DNA of 32,558 nucleotides from an uncultured Lachnospiraceae bacterium (lineage in GTDB: Bacteria; Bacillota; Clostridia; Lachnospirales; Lachnospiraceae): NCBI GenBank assembly GCA_902772565.1, contig CACYBJ010000021.1, positions 1 through 32,558 on the forward strand, given 5' to 3'. This document shows positions 29,108 to 32,558 of the stretch, piece by piece. The translations under genes and the position numbers were made by a program. The notes under the pieces are model-generated. The model ran no database searches. It saw only the letters and a list, made by a program, of their open reading frames with translations, and was not told the DNA's origin. Position 1 is the first letter of the stretch. The number at the start of each line of letters is the position of its first letter.

Positions 29108-29791
29108 TCACTGTATTTCTTCTTCGTTTAATTCGGAATTCTCATCCTCTATACCTTCAAGTTTTTTGTAGGCTTCTATTACCACATTTCCTCTGTAGGC
29201 AAGAGTTATCAATATCATTTCCGGAACCAGTACCACTACAAATACCGAGAACATTCCCATGCCGGTGCCGGGATTGTCAAAAAGCAGTATCATGGTAAAG
29301 AAAATGTATGCAAAGAAAAGAATTCCCACCTGTATAAGGGTGATAATCAGTTTTCCGGGCCACTTGAGGGCAAAAAACACGGAATTGATCAAAGTTCTTC
29401 TGGTAGTATTCTCATACTTTACAGCCAGCGGAAAAGCATAAATAAAAGCAAGCAGCATAAATACCGCCGACATTGTAATGATCACCAGATGGAAAAGCGA
29501 CTGGTTGATCATAAAGTACTGGATGTTAATGTAAAAGAAATAAGAAAGCAGGGCCAGAACCAAAAACAGTTTGGTTCCGTCCACAAAGTTTTTCCTGAAA
29601 GCATCCCAGAAGTTTTTCCAGATATATGACTCTTCTTTTCTTACTATTCTCATGTTTACATCTATTGCAGCCGCTGTGGATGCACCTATGGTTATAATCG
29701 GAATACAAAAGATCAGCCACAGGAAGTTTACGAAAAACATATCTGCGATGGTCCACATCATTTTATAAAGAGCACCGTCTTCTCTGAACAT
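29108..29791 (-). CDS. DUF624 (YesL-family) integral membrane protein
   Basis: 227 aa with multiple transmembrane helices. The N-terminus ADMFFVNFLWLIFCIPIITIGASTAA is typical of YesL-like proteins. Confidence 0.7.
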   Translation of the reverse strand: MFREDGALYKMMWTIADMFFVNFLWLIFCIPIITIGASTAAAIDVNMRIVRKEESYIWKNFWDAFRKNFVDGTKLFLVLALLSYFFYINIQYFMINQSLFHLVIITMSAVFMLLAFIYAFPLAVKYENTTRRTLINSVFFALKWPGKLIITLIQVGILFFAYIFFTMILLFDNPGTGMGMFSVFVVVLVPEMILITLAYRGNVVIEAYKKLEGIEDENSELNEEEIQ

Positions 29792-29807
29792 AATTCACCT
29801 TTCTCTG

Positions 29808-29923
29808 CCCCCGATCTCCGATCGGGGAGGTCTGTCGCAACTCGTCATAATTCCGAAGGAATTGTGACAGAGTTTCGTAGAAACTCGTCTTTGAGACATC
29901 AAAGGAATCCCGTAGGGATTCCT
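29808..29923 (-). other. Cluster of five consecutive short perfect hairpins in the DUF624 upstream region
   Basis: Plus-strand hairpins: CCCCGATC-TCC-GATCGGGG (29809-27), GTCATAATTCC-GAA-GGAATTGTGAC (29844-68), GAGTTTC-GTA-GAAACTC (29870-86), CTTTGA-GACA-TCAAAG (29889-904) and AGGAATCCC-GTA-GGGATTCCT (29903-23). Confidence 0.6.
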
Positions 29924-29944
29924 ACCTTTCTGCTTACTAATACA

Positions 29945-29971
29945 AAAGCCGGAGTATGATACACCGGCTTT
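29945..29971 (-). terminator. Intrinsic terminator after the 390-aa gene
   Basis: On the minus strand, AAAGCCGG-11 nt loop-CCGGCTTT is followed by TGTATT. Confidence 0.65.
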
Positions 29972-30020
29972 ATTAATTTCTCATATACAGTTTACGGGCG
30001 CGAGATAAAAGCCCAACGCC

Positions 30021-31193
30021 TTACTGACCGTGGATATTGGAAACCGAAAGTCCGTTTACGGTCTTAGATATACGATCTTTTCCATCTACTCTGAGATGAA
30101 CAATTACCGCTCCGGAAGAAATGTTGCTGGTGTCTGCATAGAGAGATACTATGTCAGATGCAACCTTCTTTCCGCCACTCTTTTCAGCCATGGCATCGAT
30201 TGCTGCCTTGGACTTTTCGGATTTGGAAAGCCCTGCGGAGTATGAACCTTCTACACGGTAAACATCCCCTTTTTCGTCGGCATAATAGATGATATAGTCT
30301 GCATCTTTTTCTATGGCAATAGCCTGAACGGACGCATTGGAATCAACGCCTATTGTGGCTTTGCCAAGTTCTTCGGTTATTTCCTGCATGAGGTCGGAAT
30401 TAATACCGGAAGCATCGGTCTTTGCAAAAGGACCTACCTTGAATAAAAAGGCTGATGCAAAATACATTACAACAATAAAATCCACTGCAAAGAAAAGTGC
30501 AATAAGAAGTTTAACCGGCTGAATGGCGCCTCTGGCCTTCTTGGCTGCCTTGGCATCGAGAATTCTCTGCTTCTCTGCTTCGGCGGCTGCTTTTTTGGCA
30601 TCCTCTGCTGCTTTCTTCTTGGCTTCGGCATCGGCTTTAGCTTTGGCTTCGGCATCTGCTCTGGCTTTGGCTTCTGCTTCGGCGGCTGCGCGTGCTTCGG
30701 CATCTGCCTTGGCCTTGGCCTCGGCTTTGGCTTTTCGCTCGGCTTCTACGGTTGCTTTAAGTTCTGCTTCTCTTCTGGCAGCTGCTTCGGCTTCCGCTTT
30801 GGCTCTGGCTTCAAAGTCGGCTTTTCTCTGCTCAAGAAGTTCCCTGTCTCTTGCAGCTGCAAGTTCCACTCTTCTGGCTTCTTCTTCGGCTGCGCGGGCG
30901 GCGGCTTCTGCTTCGGCCTGAGCCTTGGCAATAAGTTCTGCCTGCTGCCTTTCTATTTCTCTGGCCATCCTCTCGGCTGCCTCGGCTGCTGCACGGGCTT
31001 CCGCCTGTACCTTTGCTTCCGCTTCCGCCGCAATTCTGGCTGCATCGAATTCACTGTTTAACTGCGACTGCTGATTCTTAAGAGCCTTTTCCTGATCCTT
31101 TTGATTCAGTTTGGCAAAGAAATCGTCGGCCGCATCATACCCCGAGTTATCACTGTCGTAGCCCTCAAAGTCAAAGGATTTACGCTGATCCAT
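30021..31193 (-). CDS. Hypothetical single-pass membrane protein with a long Ala/Glu/Lys/Arg-rich helical region
   Basis: 390 aa. It has an acidic N-terminus, about 180 aa of AEAKA/ARAAAEA-type repeats, one transmembrane helix (LLIALFFAVDFIVVMYFASAFLF) and a C-terminal domain of about 130 aa. I recognised no family. Confidence 0.7.
   Translation of the reverse strand: MDQRKSFDFEGYDSDNSGYDAADDFFAKLNQKDQEKALKNQQSQLNSEFDAARIAAEAEAKVQAEARAAAEAAERMAREIERQQAELIAKAQAEAEAAARAAEEEARRVELAAARDRELLEQRKADFEARAKAEAEAAARREAELKATVEAERKAKAEAKAKADAEARAAAEAEAKARADAEAKAKADAEAKKKAAEDAKKAAAEAEKQRILDAKAAKKARGAIQPVKLLIALFFAVDFIVVMYFASAFLFKVGPFAKTDASGINSDLMQEITEELGKATIGVDSNASVQAIAIEKDADYIIYYADEKGDVYRVEGSYSAGLSKSEKSKAAIDAMAEKSGGKKVASDIVSLYADTSNISSGAVIVHLRVDGKDRISKTVNGLSVSNIHGQ
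30523..30960 (-). repeat. Imperfect short-period coding repeat (GCn-rich) encoding the Ala/Glu/Lys tract
   Basis: Units such as gcttcggcatc(t/g)gc and ggctttggc recur. The antisense frame reads poly-ASA/LAS. Confidence 0.7.
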
Positions 31194-31234
31194 ATCTTCC
31201 TCCGAAATGTAAATGCGTATTTACAGTACCTATT

Positions 31235-31263
31235 TATTTTAATATTTATAGGGTAATAAGTCA
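31235..31263 (-). promoter_or_regulatory. SigA-type promoter of the 390-aa gene
   Basis: On the minus strand, TTGACT-17 nt-TAAAAT. Confidence 0.55.
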
Positions 31264-31298
31264 ACACATGAACCATCTGCTAAGGACTGCGGAAAGCA

Positions 31299-31332
31299 CA
31301 AAAAAAGAGACGGTACTTTCGTACCGCCTCTC
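31299..31332 (-). terminator. Intrinsic terminator after the solute-binding protein gene
   Basis: On the minus strand, GAGAGGCGGTAC-GAAA-GTACCGTCTCT is followed by TTTTTTGT. Confidence 0.8.
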
Positions 31333-31352
31333 AAAAGACTTGTTAAAAATGC

Positions 31353-32558
31353 TTATACCTGAGCATCCTCAGCTGCATGTCTTAAATCAGCCTCGCCCTG
31401 TGAATATGCGAGACAGTCTTCATAACCTGCTGCATATGCATCTTTAATCATTTCTGCTACGTACTTGTCGTAGTCTGAATCATTTGTAGCCTTGATAGCC
31501 TTCCATGAATCTGTCTTTACGATATCGTAAACGATAGCCCATGTTGACTTAAGGTCTTTCTTCATCTTTGTAGGAACATAATCTGTAGAAGGAACTACGG
31601 AAGCACCGCCGTTCTTGTCTGCCATCATGTCGCAGTATGCGTCGAATGAATCAACATTATAGTAGTTATAGTAATCCTGGATGATTTCGTAATCGGCAAG
31701 ACCGCCTACGCTCTCCCATGATTCATAATCATACTTTTCATTGTGAGCAGAACCGTCGATTGTAGCCTGTGTAGCCCAACCATAAGAGTTCCAACCGCAC
31801 TGACCTTTATCCCAGGTACCGCCGCCGAGTGCTTCAGGCATTGCTGTCTTCTGATCGCGCATGCAGTTAAGACCAAGGTCTGTCATGCAATAGTAACCGT
31901 CTTCGTCTACATACCAGATACCGTCTTCTGCATCCGGTGTAGCCTTTTCAGACTTCTTACCGTATTTCATGCTAAGCATACCTTCAGGTGTGTACATCCA
32001 GTTAACGATTGCCATGCAAAGCTCAGGATACTGAGTAGCGGCACCGATACATGTCTGGTAAGAACCACCGTATACGTTGAAACCGTAAGCAAGTGTACGG
32101 AAGTCTTCAGCAGCGATAGGAACCATTGCCTTGCCAGCTGAAAGGTGAGCAGCTGTGTTATAAGCTGTACCAACGTATGAGAAGATATCCATGAATGTTT
32201 CACCATTTGTCATGGCTTCTGCACATTCATCCCAACCGTTTGTCTCAGAGTCAGGGTCAACAAGACCGGCCTGATTAAGGTCGTTGTAGAACTTAAGGCA
32301 TCTGAAGTAGATACCGTCTTCCTGTAAGCAGCCCTGGAATTCATCTGTTACGGAATTGTAAAGACCGCAGTTAAACTCGTCCCAACCATAGAAAGCGGCT
32401 GTTGACTTAACATACATTACCATGAATGCTGTGCCTTCCCAAGCTGTATGAAGAGTTACACCATAGGTTTTTGTACCGATATCAGATGTAGGCTCAAGTT
32501 TCTGCATGTCAGCAAGGATAGTCTTGTAATCTTCAAGAGTGGAGATTGTAGGATATCC
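31353..32558 (-). CDS. Extracellular solute-binding protein of a carbohydrate-type ABC transporter (5'-partial; continues beyond the window)
   Basis: The reading frame stays open to position 32558 (GYPTISTLEDYKTILADMQKLEP...). The sequence is Trp/Tyr/Asp-rich and resembles the C-terminal region of large family-1 sugar-binding lipoproteins. This is a family-level call only. Confidence 0.6.
   Translation of the reverse strand, partial: GYPTISTLEDYKTILADMQKLEPTSDIGTKTYGVTLHTAWEGTAFMVMYVKSTAAFYGWDEFNCGLYNSVTDEFQGCLQEDGIYFRCLKFYNDLNQAGLVDPDSETNGWDECAEAMTNGETFMDIFSYVGTAYNTAAHLSAGKAMVPIAAEDFRTLAYGFNVYGGSYQTCIGAATQYPELCMAIVNWMYTPEGMLSMKYGKKSEKATPDAEDGIWYVDEDGYYCMTDLGLNCMRDQKTAMPEALGGGTWDKGQCGWNSYGWATQATIDGSAHNEKYDYESWESVGGLADYEIIQDYYNYYNVDSFDAYCDMMADKNGGASVVPSTDYVPTKMKKDLKSTWAIVYDIVKTDSWKAIKATNDSDYDKYVAEMIKDAYAAGYEDCLAYSQGEADLRHAAEDAQV

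Noticed and set aside
30523-30921. Plus-strand ORF of 132 aa (poly-Ala/Ser/Leu), and the possibility of a CRISPR-like or tandem-repeat array
   Set aside because: It is the antisense reading of the Ala/Glu/Lys coding repeat of the 390-aa gene. The repeat units are short, imperfect and have no spacers, so this is not a CRISPR array.
1-32558. Search for a mobile element, prophage, defence island, CRISPR array, tRNA or rRNA
   Set aside because: I found no transposase, integrase or recombinase motifs, no long inverted or direct terminal repeats, no cloverleaf-like tRNA sequences, and no obvious compositional discontinuity by eye. The accessory-looking genes are single housekeeping, stress or signalling genes.

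Overview
This window is core-genome sequence from a Firmicute. The protein sequences look like Clostridia, possibly Lachnospiraceae, but that is my inference. All genes except two are on the minus strand. From right to left the window holds: a 5'-partial sugar-type ABC solute-binding protein; an Ala/Glu/Lys-rich single-pass membrane protein; a DUF624(YesL)-DJ-1/PfpI pair; a 1015-aa PAS/GGDEF/EAL-like signalling protein; tig-clpP-clpX-engB; an orphan barstar; a plus-strand TIGR01212 radical-SAM plus DUF4364-like pair; pspA; and an RlmI-like methyltransferase. These are followed by a complete S10-spc-alpha ribosomal cluster (rpsJ to rplQ, with secY, adk, infA and rpoA) and then ecfA1-ecfA2. I found rpmD and rpmJ by hand because they fall below the ORF-track length cutoff. 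I found no transposase, integrase, CRISPR array, tRNA, rRNA or recognisable defence gene, and I see no convincing novel multi-gene system. The region is mostly ordinary. The points most worth a second look are: (1) one in-frame TAG splitting an otherwise intact ecfA2; (2) a long S10-operon leader containing an intrinsic terminator, which may be an attenuator; (3) a structured 266-nt rpmJ-rpsM spacer; (4) five consecutive mini-hairpins upstream of the DUF624 gene; (5) the signalling protein, whose catalytic motifs are all degenerate; and (6) large insertions in L17. All family assignments come from reading motifs by eye. No database search was run.
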